The notes under the pieces: model-generated
Seen by the model: only the letters and a program-made list of their open reading frames with translations
Told to the model about the DNA's origin: nothing
Database searches by the model: none
Shown here: positions 25,480 to 36,353 of the stretch, one piece after another
How positions within the stretch are numbered: the stretch's first letter is position 1
Layout of the letters: each line of letters begins with the position of its first letter
Assembly (NCBI GenBank): GCA_905235525.1
Contig: CAJOLW010000025.1
Location: 3,452-67,451 of the forward strand
Source: an uncultured Bacteroidaceae bacterium
Lineage (GTDB): Bacteria > Bacteroidota > Bacteroidia > Bacteroidales > Bacteroidaceae
Length of the DNA: 64,000 bases
Direction: 5' to 3'
Program-made: the position numbers and the translations under genes

Positions 25480-26726
25480 AAAGGTCTTACATTTTTCATG
25501 AATTAAAGGATTATGCCCTCATTGCTGTGGGTGTAATCCTTTATGCGATTGGTGTGACAGTATTCATGCTACCCTACAGTCTGACTACGGGTGGTGTGGC
25601 TGGTGTGGCATCAATTATTTACTATGTCACAGGTGTTGAGGTGCAAGTCACTTACATTATTGTCAACATCATCCTACTGATTATTGCCGTGAAGGTGTTG
25701 GGCATCCGTTTCTGCATCAAAACGATTTATGCCGTTGCTGTCATGACTTTCGTTTTGTGGCTTTTGCAACGACTCATTGAAGTGCCTGATCCTGCCAATC
25801 CCCAAATAATGGTGTTGCCAAAACTGATTGGTGACGAGTCTTTTATGGCATGTGTGTTGGGTGCTATTTTTGAAGGTGTTGGATTGTATATTTGTTTTGA
25901 ACACAATGGTTCCACAGGCGGTACAGACATCATCGCCCTCATCGTACAGAAATTTCGTACCATGTCACTTGGTTCCATCCTCATGGCATGCGACATCATC
26001 ATCATCTCTTCCTGTTATTTCGTCTTCCATGATTGGTTCCGTGTCATTTATGGTTTTGTCTTTCTTTTCATTAGTTCGATGACACTCGACTATTGTATCC
26101 GTCGGCGTCATCAATCCGTACAGTTCATGATTTTCTCACGTAATCCTAATGCCATTGCCGATGCCATTGTCAGCACTGGTCATGGAGTGACGGTGTTGGA
26201 TGGTGAAGGCTGGTACACTCATACTGACCGGAAAGTGGTGGTGAGTATCATTCGTCAACGAGAGCAGGTTCTTATGCAACGCATGATCCAGCAAATTGAC
26301 CCTTATGCTTTTGTATCGATGACAGATGCCAGTGGTGTGTGGGGTGAAGGATTTGACGCCATCAAGGTGAAAGACCGTAAACCACGGTCGGAAAGAAACA
26401 AGAAGAATGCTGTGCTGGTGTGTGTGACCAACAACACCACTAAGATAGATACTGCCCAACAGGTGTTGGGTGACTACTACGATGTGCGCTCTCTGCTACA
26501 AGTGGGTTGTGACACCCGCAAGGAGTTCTATTCAGTGGTGCTGGGACAAGAACCTCGCAAACGAGTTTCTTTCATCAAGAAATTCTTTGGATTCGATGCC
26601 TTCTACCTCGCCAAAGATGGTACTGTCACTTTGGTGCAGGGAAATTATGGTCAGAATGAGTATGACATCACGGAGTACAAGAATCTGGAAGAAATGAAAC
26701 AATATCTGGAGACAAAAAAAGCCTGA
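25476..26726 (+). CDS. YitT family membrane protein (DUF2179) with extra C-terminal domain
   Basis: 416 aa. YitT-type TM core ([28 protein letters not shown]), DUF2179-like [40 protein letters not shown], then about 110 additional residues. Confidence 0.85.
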   Translation: MKRSYIFHELKDYALIAVGVILYAIGVTVFMLPYSLTTGGVAGVASIIYYVTGVEVQVTYIIVNIILLIIAVKVLGIRFCIKTIYAVAVMTFVLWLLQRLIEVPDPANPQIMVLPKLIGDESFMACVLGAIFEGVGLYICFEHNGSTGGTDIIALIVQKFRTMSLGSILMACDIIIISSCYFVFHDWFRVIYGFVFLFISSMTLDYCIRRRHQSVQFMIFSRNPNAIADAIVSTGHGVTVLDGEGWYTHTDRKVVVSIIRQREQVLMQRMIQQIDPYAFVSMTDASGVWGEGFDAIKVKDRKPRSERNKKNAVLVCVTNNTTKIDTAQQVLGDYYDVRSLLQVGCDTRKEFYSVVLGQEPRKRVSFIKKFFGFDAFYLAKDGTVTLVQGNYGQNEYDITEYKNLEEMKQYLETKKA

Positions 26727-26728
26727 GA

Positions 26729-27208
26729 ATGGAACGTAAAAAGCATATCTACACGGAACAGGAGGCTTATTTGAAACTTTCTGCTCTGTGTGCAATGAGC
26801 GAACTGTGCTGCCATGATGTGCTACAGAAAATGAAGCGATGGGAGATGGCTGATGCTGTGGCGGAGAAAATTGTGACTCGATTGGTGAAGGAACGGTTTA
26901 TAGATGAGGAACGGTTTGCCAAAGCGTTTGTAAGAGATAAGTTCCGCTACAACCATTGGGGCAAGGTGAGGATTGCCCAAGAACTGAAAAAACGAAAGAT
27001 TGCTGAACGACACATTGACGAGGCATTGGAAGAAATTGAAGAGAAAGACAATCTGGAAACACTACGAGACATCATCAAGAAGAAACGTCCTTCAGTGAAA
27101 GGACGGAACGAATATGAAATCAAGGGTAAACTGATTCGGTTTGCCTTGGGAAGAGGCTTTCAGATGGATGACATCGTGAAGGTGGTGGGGAGTCTGGAGG
27201 AGGTGTGA
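26729..27208 (+). CDS. recX: recombination regulator RecX
   Basis: 159 aa with AYLKLSALCAMSELCCHDVLQKMKRW...VTRLVKERFIDEERFAKAFVRDKFRYNHWGKVRIAQELKKRKI. Confidence 0.85.
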   Translation: MERKKHIYTEQEAYLKLSALCAMSELCCHDVLQKMKRWEMADAVAEKIVTRLVKERFIDEERFAKAFVRDKFRYNHWGKVRIAQELKKRKIAERHIDEALEEIEEKDNLETLRDIIKKKRPSVKGRNEYEIKGKLIRFALGRGFQMDDIVKVVGSLEEV

Positions 27209-27217
27209 ATGAAGAAT

Positions 27218-27326
27218 GAGGAGTTAAAGGAGTTATCGCTCCGCTCAGGAGTTAAAAGCCGATACTCTGACACTAGCATGACATTTGGCTCTAACTCCTT
27301 TAACTCCCTATAACTCCTTTAACTAC
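27218..27326. terminator. long nested hairpin of GGAGTTA heptads between convergent recX and ribD
   Basis: GGAGTTAAAGGAGTTAT (27220-27236) pairs with ATAACTCCTTTAACTAC (27310-27326). An inner pair is GGAGTTAAAAGCC / GGCTCTAACTCC. Confidence 0.5.
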
Positions 27327-28327
27327 AAAGAAGTTTCGCAAGTTGCGAAACTTGAATTCTCATTCCCATACCTTTCTATCATTTGTCCAAATGAATCATC
27401 CACACTTATCAATGTTGCTTTTGAACTAAGTTGAGGGGCTTTGACGTGCCCACAAATAGGTTGAGTGCCTTTCTCTATGTAACATTCATCCCACAAACCA
27501 CTATTGATAAAAGATTGATGCAACATGGCTCCTCCCTCCACTAACACGGTCTGAATGCCATCTTCATACAACTGATGAAGGATGTTATCAACACTTGTTG
27601 ATTGTATCAAATGATAGCCTTCAGGTAGAGTCAAGGATTGTGAGGACACCACATAGCGTTTTGGCGAAGTACCATACCACTCGCGTGTGTTAAGCGAAGG
27701 ATGATCTATCTCAAAAGTCCGTCTTCCCACTAAGATGGCTTGATGTTCTGCTCTGCGTTTATGACAAATCATCTGAGTGTAAGTGTTGGAGATATGACCA
27801 TCTATAAAGCCATCAGGTGACTCAGCCCACTTCAAAGTGACATAAGGACGATGCTTGCCATGAAAGGTCATGAAGCGTTTGTTCAAGCATTCACATTCGG
27901 TTTTCAACATCCCCACCGTCACTTCTATGCCAACATCTCTAAGTTTTTGTATGCCACGACCTTGCACCTTGGAAAAAGGGTCTTGACAACCGATGACACA
28001 ACGCTTGAAACCCTTACTTATTAACAAGTCAGCACAAGGGGGTGTCTTGCCATAATGACTGCAAGGTTCCAGACTCACATAGATGGTGCTTTCCTTCAAC
28101 AAATGTTCATCTTCTTTCCTAACTGACGCACAAGCATTTACCTCTGCATGACCTTCTCCACAACGCACATGATACCCTTCACCAATGATACGATCTTCAT
28201 GCACAATCACAGCCCCCACCATCGGATTGGGCTGGGCATTCTGCCGACCATTACTTGCCAACTGTAGGCAACGGCGCATATACATCTCATCCTTGTTGAT
28301 TTCATCAGTTATCAACACACTATTCAT
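27323..28327 (-). CDS. ribD: bifunctional riboflavin biosynthesis deaminase/reductase
   Basis: 334 aa with the deaminase zinc motifs GHAEVNA and EPCSHYGKTPPCADLL, and a C-terminal reductase domain. Confidence 0.93.
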   Translation of the reverse strand: MNSVLITDEINKDEMYMRRCLQLASNGRQNAQPNPMVGAVIVHEDRIIGEGYHVRCGEGHAEVNACASVRKEDEHLLKESTIYVSLEPCSHYGKTPPCADLLISKGFKRCVIGCQDPFSKVQGRGIQKLRDVGIEVTVGMLKTECECLNKRFMTFHGKHRPYVTLKWAESPDGFIDGHISNTYTQMICHKRRAEHQAILVGRRTFEIDHPSLNTREWYGTSPKRYVVSSQSLTLPEGYHLIQSTSVDNILHQLYEDGIQTVLVEGGAMLHQSFINSGLWDECYIEKGTQPICGHVKAPQLSSKATLISVDDSFGQMIERYGNENSSFATCETSL

Positions 28328-28568
28328 AACTTATCAACTTCATTATTAACATTATTAACACTGCAAAATTACTCATTCTTACTCAAAAACAAAAGAAACC
28401 CAATCATTTTCATTCTCAAATGTTTGTCATGTCATCCAAATCCACTAACTTTGCAACTTGTCAAATGGTTATTGACAGTATTATCAATATCTACAAACAA
28501 CATTTATCCACAACACCATCAACACCTAAAAAATGGCAAATGGTAAATGATTAAATAGTTAATGCGAA

Positions 28569-28760
28569 GTGAGTGACGGAAATTTCAACAGACAATTACT
28601 TCCTAAGACAGACCTTTCTTCAGGTCTTCGTGCTGGAAAAGCCCAAATGCGTCAGAAGGCAGAACATGCTTTTGACGAAGTGGTCAATGACTTCATTCTC
28701 AACGAGGGAGAACTGAAAGAAGCCATGAAGAAACGATTTCTGGAATTATTGAGTAAATAG
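28569..28760 (+). CDS. hypothetical small protein (GTG start)
   Basis: 63-aa charged helical ORF. There is no other support. Confidence 0.3.
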   Translation: MSDGNFNRQLLPKTDLSSGLRAGKAQMRQKAEHAFDEVVNDFILNEGELKEAMKKRFLELLSK

Positions 28761-29152
28761 TTTAGAGATTAAGAGTAAAAGTTAGGGTGAAGGTTCAAGT
28801 CAAATATTCATAAACCTGTTCACATCCTTGTTAAAAAGTAATTAACAACTTACTCATAACTTTTAATAACTTTTCTTGCCAACTTCAATCACATTTATAT
28901 ACCTCATTTATTTTGATACCACCAAAAAAAGTTATTCTTTTTTTTCATCCTTTTTTCAATACCTTCTTCACCACTTATCTACACGCCAACTCTTTGAAAA
29001 ACAATACTACTTCACCACTTATCCACATCATCCACACGCTAATAATATCAACATATAAGTTTTTTAAAATTTAAAAGAAAAAAGAGTATATATATAATTA
29101 TGTGTTGAATTGGTTGATGAAAAAATTGGCGACTTTCTTCGGTTGGGTGTTC

Positions 29153-29701
29153 TTACCATAATTTATTCTCAGGATGTTCCTTGATGATTTCTTGGATGTC
29201 CTCCTTCGTGAGTCCGCTTTTTTCCTCCTCTATCTTTATGCTACGTACAGAGTAGTCCAATACGGTTTCTGTTTTTTCATCCACGCTGCTATATACCCAT
29301 GCGGTGAAGATGTCATCTGGGTTATCAAGAAATACAATGTAGATCAAGGCTCCTCCTCCAATGTATGGAGAGATGGAGAACACTGTGAATTGTCCACAAA
29401 TCTTGCCTTTGTACGCGTCTAATGCCTCGTCCTCGATTTTTCCCTCGTTGTAATCGGTGATGTATTGGCGTAGACTGCGGATGTACTCATTGTCCACCCA
29501 GTCCTCATCCGTGAAGTGATTGAAACGAATCGCGTTGAGTCCTCCAAACTCCCCTTCACCTTCCTCTTCCTCTTCAGTCACAACACTATCAACAGGCGTG
29601 CTAATTGTATCAGCAGGAGCCTGTTCTGTTGTTTTTTCCTTGTGCGTGCAACCTGTGATCATCAATGGGAGCACCATCATTGTGAAAAGTATCTTTTTCA
29701 T
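29153..29701 (-). CDS. hypothetical lipoprotein
   Basis: Start placed at MKKILFTMMVLPLMITGC (lipobox with Cys), followed by an acidic linker EEEEEGEGE. Confidence 0.7.
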   Translation of the reverse strand: MKKILFTMMVLPLMITGCTHKEKTTEQAPADTISTPVDSVVTEEEEEGEGEFGGLNAIRFNHFTDEDWVDNEYIRSLRQYITDYNEGKIEDEALDAYKGKICGQFTVFSISPYIGGGALIYIVFLDNPDDIFTAWVYSSVDEKTETVLDYSVRSIKIEEEKSGLTKEDIQEIIKEHPENKLW

Positions 29702-29911
29702 AAAAAAATGATTATTAATTTGATAAAAACTTATTTTGTACAAAGATACAACTTTCAATACTTTACTTCCAAATTTTTCCCTTTTATTTAAACACTTAAT
29801 AATGATAGTAAAGAAAAAGATAAGATGAAGCTATTTCTTCGAGATTGACCTTTTGGATGTTTTGTCAGTCAATATGACATTGTGTCACGATGTCATGTTT
29901 ATGTTAGGATG

Positions 29912-29926
29912 TGGCACATGGTTTGT
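29912..29926 (+). promoter_or_regulatory. candidate -24/-12 (sigma-54-like) promoter upstream of groES
   Basis: TGGCAC-ATGGT-TTGT has the same form as the two promoters at 2626 and 9727 and lies 65 nt upstream of ATG 29991. I see no TAnnTTTG box in this leader. Confidence 0.35.
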
Positions 29927-29990
29927 TTATCTTTTTTGTGGAATAGAATTTCTATACATGTTTTAATAACAAACAAAAACCAAAACAACT

Positions 29991-30263
29991 ATGAACATTC
30001 AACCATTGGCAGACAGGGTGCTGGTGCTCCCTAAGCCTGCGGAAGAAAAGACGGTGGGCGGAATAATCATCCCTGACACCGCAAAGGAAAAGCCCCTGCA
30101 GGGCGAGGTTGTCGCTTGCGGCAACGGTACGAAGGACGAGGAAATGGTCGTGAAAGTGGGCGACCAGGTTCTCTATGGCAAGTACTCAGGCACGGAACTG
30201 GAATATGAGGGCGTGAAGTACCTCATGATGAGACAGAGCGATGTGCTGGCTATTCTCAAATAA
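29991..30263 (+). CDS. groES: co-chaperonin GroES
   Basis: 90 aa: [46 protein letters not shown]. Confidence 0.97.
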   Translation: MNIQPLADRVLVLPKPAEEKTVGGIIIPDTAKEKPLQGEVVACGNGTKDEEMVVKVGDQVLYGKYSGTELEYEGVKYLMMRQSDVLAILK

Positions 30264-30264
30264 G

Positions 30265-32042
<1,778 letters not shown>

Positions 32043-32118
32043 CCAGCCCACGCGCTGGGCGATTTTCTCCATGCGGCGAGCCAGCCCATGCGCTAGGCGA
32101 AGGTTTCCATGCGGCGAG
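32043..32118. repeat. 2 x 38-nt tandem direct repeat just after the groEL stop
   Basis: CCAGCCCACGCGCTGGGCGATTTTCTCCATGCGGCGAG / CCAGCCCATGCGCTAGGCGAAGGTTTCCATGCGGCGAG. The word CCATGCGGCGAG recurs at 62511. Confidence 0.8.
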
Positions 32119-32156
32119 AAAGTCGTGATGACAAGATAACAACATAATCCATAAGA

Positions 32157-32191
32157 AAAGGGGCTCTGAGCATGACGCTTGGAGCCTTTTT
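32157..32191 (+). terminator. rho-independent terminator candidate for groESL
   Basis: AAAAGGGGCTC tgagcatgacgcttg GAGCCTTTTT. Confidence 0.5.
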
Positions 32192-32278
32192 GTGCTGCAT
32201 TTGGGATTAATGTTAGAGTTTCTCGTTTTTGTCCTATTCTTGTTTGTTTTCATCCCATCTTTTATCACGAAAAAAACG

Positions 32279-32286
32279 TACCTTTG
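32279..32286 (+). promoter_or_regulatory. Bacteroidota -7 box (TACCTTTG) for the GH2 gene
   Basis: 63 nt upstream of ATG 32349. Confidence 0.45.
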
Positions 32287-32348
32287 CACATAGAACAATC
32301 TAAACAATTATTCTTTTTCCATTCATTAACTGTTTAACAATCTACGGC

Positions 32349-35300
32349 ATGAACTTAAAAAAGTACACTCTTTGCCTGTTGGCTGCTTGTTCGTTGCAGG
32401 CAAACGCTCAGTATTTGGAACATATCTATGACTATATAGAGAACACCTCAGTCTTTGAAGAGAATCAAGAGGAGGGACACGCTTATTATCTCGCCAAGGA
32501 ACATCTGTCGCTCAATGGCGATTGGCGTTTTTTCTTTGCCAACACCCCTGAGGAGGTGCCGCAGACTTTCTTCCAGACAGACTTCAAGGACAGCAAGTGG
32601 AACACCATCCATGTGCCAAGCAACTGGGAGATGGAAGGGTATGGCGATGCACAGTTCCGCAATGTGCCTGCACCTTTCAGAGCCAATCCGCCTTTTGTGC
32701 CGAGAGATTATAACCCGACGGGAGCCTATCGGAAGACTTTCACCTTACCCTCCAACTGGAAGGGTCAGCAGGTATTTCTGCGTATGGAGAAGACACAGAG
32801 CGGCTCGTTTGTGTGGCTGAACGGTCAGCAGGTGGGTTATAATGAGGGTGGACAGGAACCTGCTGAGTATGACGTGACGCCTTACTTGAAGCCTGGCAAG
32901 AATGTGCTGGCTGTGTGTGTGGTGAAATATTGTGACGGTTACTATCTGGAAGGTCAGGACTACTGGCGACTGGCTGGTATCTTCGACGATGTGACACTCT
33001 ATGCCACACCCAAGACCCGACTCTTCGACTGGTATGTGACCACCGACCTCGACGACCAGTATCGGGACGCTACCCTCAAGGTGCAGGTGGATGTGAAGAA
33101 ATATGAGGACGCACGGGGTTCCTATGCCGTTCGTGCCACACTGACCGACCCCAAAGGCAACAAAGTGAAGGAGATGTTGTCCGACCGTTTCACAATGGAC
33201 GGAAAGGGAAAGAAGACGGTAGAACTCTCGTCGCTGATAACGAACCCCGACAAGTGGACTTGTGAGACTCCCGTGCTCTATGGACTCAAGTTGGAACTGC
33301 TGAACGAGTCGGGGGCAGTGATGCAGGACATCGCCAGCAAGATGGGATTCAAGGAGACGGAAATCAGACACCAGACTTTCTACCTGAACGGAAAACCCAT
33401 CAAGGTGAACGCCACCAACACTCACATGCAGCATCCTGAACTGGGTCATACCATGAACGAAGAGACCATCCGCAAGGATATGGAGATACTGAAACAGCAC
33501 AATTTCAATGGTGTGCGCACCTCGCACTATCCTCCTGTCAACAAGTATCTGGAACTGGCTGACGAATATGGTCTCTACATCATCGATGAGGCTGGTACCG
33601 AGGCTCATGCCACGGAATACATCTCCAACGACCAGCGGTTCCGTGAGATGTATTTGGAACGTGTTCAGAAACTGGTGCTCCGTGACCGCAACCACGCTTG
33701 TGTCCTCTTTTGGAGTGCAGGCAACGAGAGTGGTGAAGGACCTCTCATCACCGAAGTCATCAAAGAAGGTAAACGTCTTGACCCCACACGCTATTTCATG
33801 TATGGCGGCAACGCCTACGCTCATCCCGGCGAAGAAATCATCGGTCCCCGCTATCCCGCTCCTTATGAGTTGGAAATGAACACGGCGATGGTGCCTGAGG
33901 AGCAAGACCCACGTCCTTCATTCATGGACGAATACCTGTCGGTGGCAGGTAATGCAGGTGGCGGTATGGACGAATACTGGGCTATCATTCGTCGTCATCC
34001 ACGCCTGATGGGTGGAGCCATCTGGGATTTTGTCAACCCTGGTCTCACCGAGCATATCCGTCCGTTGAAAGACAGTTCGCCCTACAACACCCCTGTTCAC
34101 CTCATGGGTCATTCGAAGGTGGAGAAGGGAGTGCTGCACCTGAGCGGACACGACGAGTGGGTGGAAGTCTATCGCAGCAACAATGTGGAACTCTCCAGCA
34201 AGGCACTCACCATCAGTTTCGATGTCAAGCCGGGCAAACTGTGTGGCACCTACGAGGGAGCACCCTACATCACGAAAGGTAACACCCAGTTCGGTGTGGT
34301 GCAGAAAGGGGCTGACAAACTCCAGTTCTATCTGCATTCGGGTGTGAAACATGCCCTAACCGTCGATTTGCCTGCCAACTGGATTGGCAACTGGCATCAT
34401 GTCACAGCCTCATGGGATGGCAAGGAAATGAAACTCTACATTGACGGACAACTGAAGGGCACCGAGACCATCGCACAGCCCGAACCCAACAACAACCGCC
34501 GTGGCAACAACGGAGGGGGTGAACGGGGCATGCTGAGCAACTTCCCCTATCCTATCAATATCGGCAGAATAGCAGGCAACCACGCCCAAGACCCTCAGAC
34601 CACCTACACCGCCGATGCCGAAATGGACAATGTGGCGATTTACAGCCAGTGTCTTGCCGACGGTGAGGGGAAAGCCGAAGATGCTGTGCTCTATCTCACC
34701 TTCGATGGCAATGGCGACGAAGGCACTTTCTACACCATTGGCGGCAACATGCGCACCTACGGCAGCATCTGGCCTGACCGCACGGTGCAACCTGAGATGA
34801 AGCAGATGAAGTGGACCACCCAACCTGTCAGTGTCCGTCTGCTCAATGCCGAGACTGGTGAGGCAGAAGTGACCAACCGCCTCTTCTTCACCGACCTCAC
34901 CCAATACGCTTCCCACTGGGCACTGATGGCAGACAACCAAGTGTTGGAAGAGGGCGATATTCAGTTCACCACGGCTCCACAGCAGGCACAGGTCATCCAG
35001 ATACCTTATCATAAGCCTACGATTGTGGCAGGAAAAGAATACCGTGTCCTCATCACCTCCAAGTTGAAGAAAGACGAGGTGTGGGCAAAAGCAGGTCATG
35101 AAGTGGCATGGAACCAGTTGGAACTCTCCTCATGGAACCTTCCTGCCCCTGCCGAACAACTCTCTGCCAAGCAAGTGAACGCACAGGAAGACGAGAAGCA
35201 AATCAAGATCAGCGGCAAGGATTTCTGCTATATAATCAGTAAGGAGACAGGTAATCTGGAGCAGATGGAAGTAGGTGGAAGACCCCTCCTCAAAGCCCCA

Positions 35301-36119
35301 GTCACCTTCAACCTCTGGCGCGCACCTATCGCCAACGAGTTCGACTCATGGGATGCCTTCCGTGTCAATGGAGGCTATGCCGAAGGTTATGGCAATCAAG
35401 TCGCCACACTCTGGTACAGCAAGGGTGTCAATCAGGTGCTTCCTCGTCCTACTGCCGTTCGCCTCCAACGCAACGAGCACGAGACCACCGTCACCGTGAG
35501 TCAGTTTGTGCAGGTAGGCGCATCCTCCTACGGTGCCCTCGACCTCTACATCTCTGGTGTGCAGTTTGCAGGATATATGCTCGACTACACTTACAGTTTC
35601 TACGACGATGGTACGGTCAAGATTCACAACCACCTGAGTCCAAACGGCAAACTGCCCGAAATCCTGCCACGCATCGGCTTCACCACCTCCGTAGCCAACG
35701 AGTTCGACCACATCACATGGTACGGACGTGGACCCGAAGAGAACTACCCCGACCGCAAGACAGGTTATCAGTTGGGCATCTGGAACAAGACCGTCGCCGA
35801 TATGTACGAGCCTTACCTCTTCCCCCAAGACCATGCCCTGCGTACCGAAAACCGCTATGTGCAATTGCTCAACAAGGAAGGTAAGGGTGTACAGATTTCC
35901 ATGAACGAGCCCTTCAACTTCAACGCCTATCAGTTCACAACTGACAACTTGACCAAGAGCCAGTTCACTTATCAACTACAACCTCAGTCAGACCGATACA
36001 CCCTCAACCTTGACTATACTACTACAGGTGTAGGCTGCACTTGTATCTATGTGCTCGATGAGTACAGGGTGAAGCCTGTCGCTTTCGATAGAGATGTTAC
36101 TATAAAGCCAGTACAATAA
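32349..36119 (+). CDS. glycoside hydrolase family 2 beta-galactosidase with inserted LamG-like lectin domain
   Basis: 1256 aa with a signal peptide, GH2 sugar-binding, Ig and TIM-barrel blocks (NGVRTSHYPP, FWSAGNESG) and a C-terminal beta-galactosidase small-chain-like domain. Central segment: WHHVTASWDGKEMKLYIDGQLKG. Confidence 0.9.
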   Translation: MNLKKYTLCLLAACSLQANAQYLEHIYDYIENTSVFEENQEEGHAYYLAKEHLSLNGDWRFFFANTPEEVPQTFFQTDFKDSKWNTIHVPSNWEMEGYGDAQFRNVPAPFRANPPFVPRDYNPTGAYRKTFTLPSNWKGQQVFLRMEKTQSGSFVWLNGQQVGYNEGGQEPAEYDVTPYLKPGKNVLAVCVVKYCDGYYLEGQDYWRLAGIFDDVTLYATPKTRLFDWYVTTDLDDQYRDATLKVQVDVKKYEDARGSYAVRATLTDPKGNKVKEMLSDRFTMDGKGKKTVELSSLITNPDKWTCETPVLYGLKLELLNESGAVMQDIASKMGFKETEIRHQTFYLNGKPIKVNATNTHMQHPELGHTMNEETIRKDMEILKQHNFNGVRTSHYPPVNKYLELADEYGLYIIDEAGTEAHATEYISNDQRFREMYLERVQKLVLRDRNHACVLFWSAGNESGEGPLITEVIKEGKRLDPTRYFMYGGNAYAHPGEEIIGPRYPAPYELEMNTAMVPEEQDPRPSFMDEYLSVAGNAGGGMDEYWAIIRRHPRLMGGAIWDFVNPGLTEHIRPLKDSSPYNTPVHLMGHSKVEKGVLHLSGHDEWVEVYRSNNVELSSKALTISFDVKPGKLCGTYEGAPYITKGNTQFGVVQKGADKLQFYLHSGVKHALTVDLPANWIGNWHHVTASWDGKEMKLYIDGQLKGTETIAQPEPNNNRRGNNGGGERGMLSNFPYPINIGRIAGNHAQDPQTTYTADAEMDNVAIYSQCLADGEGKAEDAVLYLTFDGNGDEGTFYTIGGNMRTYGSIWPDRTVQPEMKQMKWTTQPVSVRLLNAETGEAEVTNRLFFTDLTQYASHWALMADNQVLEEGDIQFTTAPQQAQVIQIPYHKPTIVAGKEYRVLITSKLKKDEVWAKAGHEVAWNQLELSSWNLPAPAEQLSAKQVNAQEDEKQIKISGKDFCYIISKETGNLEQMEVGGRPLLKAPVTFNLWRAPIANEFDSWDAFRVNGGYAEGYGNQVATLWYSKGVNQVLPRPTAVRLQRNEHETTVTVSQFVQVGASSYGALDLYISGVQFAGYMLDYTYSFYDDGTVKIHNHLSPNGKLPEILPRIGFTTSVANEFDHITWYGRGPEENYPDRKTGYQLGIWNKTVADMYEPYLFPQDHALRTENRYVQLLNKEGKGVQISMNEPFNFNAYQFTTDNLTKSQFTYQLQPQSDRYTLNLDYTTTGVGCTCIYVLDEYRVKPVAFDRDVTIKPVQ

Positions 36120-36204
36120 GGTCAAAGATACATTATATCTATTCTTTAGACAGAAAAAGCCCTTTGAAAATGGTGTGAATAGGATTCGGGATAGATAAAA
36201 GAAA

Positions 36205-36275
36205 CGTACCCCTCGCATACGGCACATCGTACTCGAGGGGTACACTATGCCGTACCCCTCGGGTACGCCTTTCAA
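36205..36275. repeat. GTACCC hairpin cluster, inverted copy of 2466-2540
   Basis: The reverse complement reads GAAAGGCGTACCCGAGGGGTACGGCATAGTGTACCCCTCGAGTAC...GAGGGGTAC. Confidence 0.75.
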
Positions 36276-36353
36276 TATGTTATTTGGGGTAACACCATTT
36301 CGGCATAGGATTTATGCCGGACTCATCTAAATAGTAGTGGAGGATGTCCAACT

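Noticed and set aside
28328-28568. Looked for an FMN (RFN) riboswitch upstream of ribD
   Set aside because: The leader is AT-rich with none of the conserved G/C-rich RFN helices I can recall, so I make no call.
28876-29058. 60-aa ORF in the AT-rich region after 28760
   Set aside because: The translation is low-complexity, it lies between convergent gene ends, and nothing else supports it.
29759-29990. Looked for a CIRCE (TTAGCACTC-N9-GAGTGCTAA) operator upstream of groES
   Set aside because: No match is present. Only the TGGCAC-N5-TTGT motif and small palindromes are there, and these are reported separately.
32745-33905. 386-aa ORF antisense to the GH2 gene
   Set aside because: It is a shadow ORF. 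The GH2 frame carries the conserved catalytic blocks.
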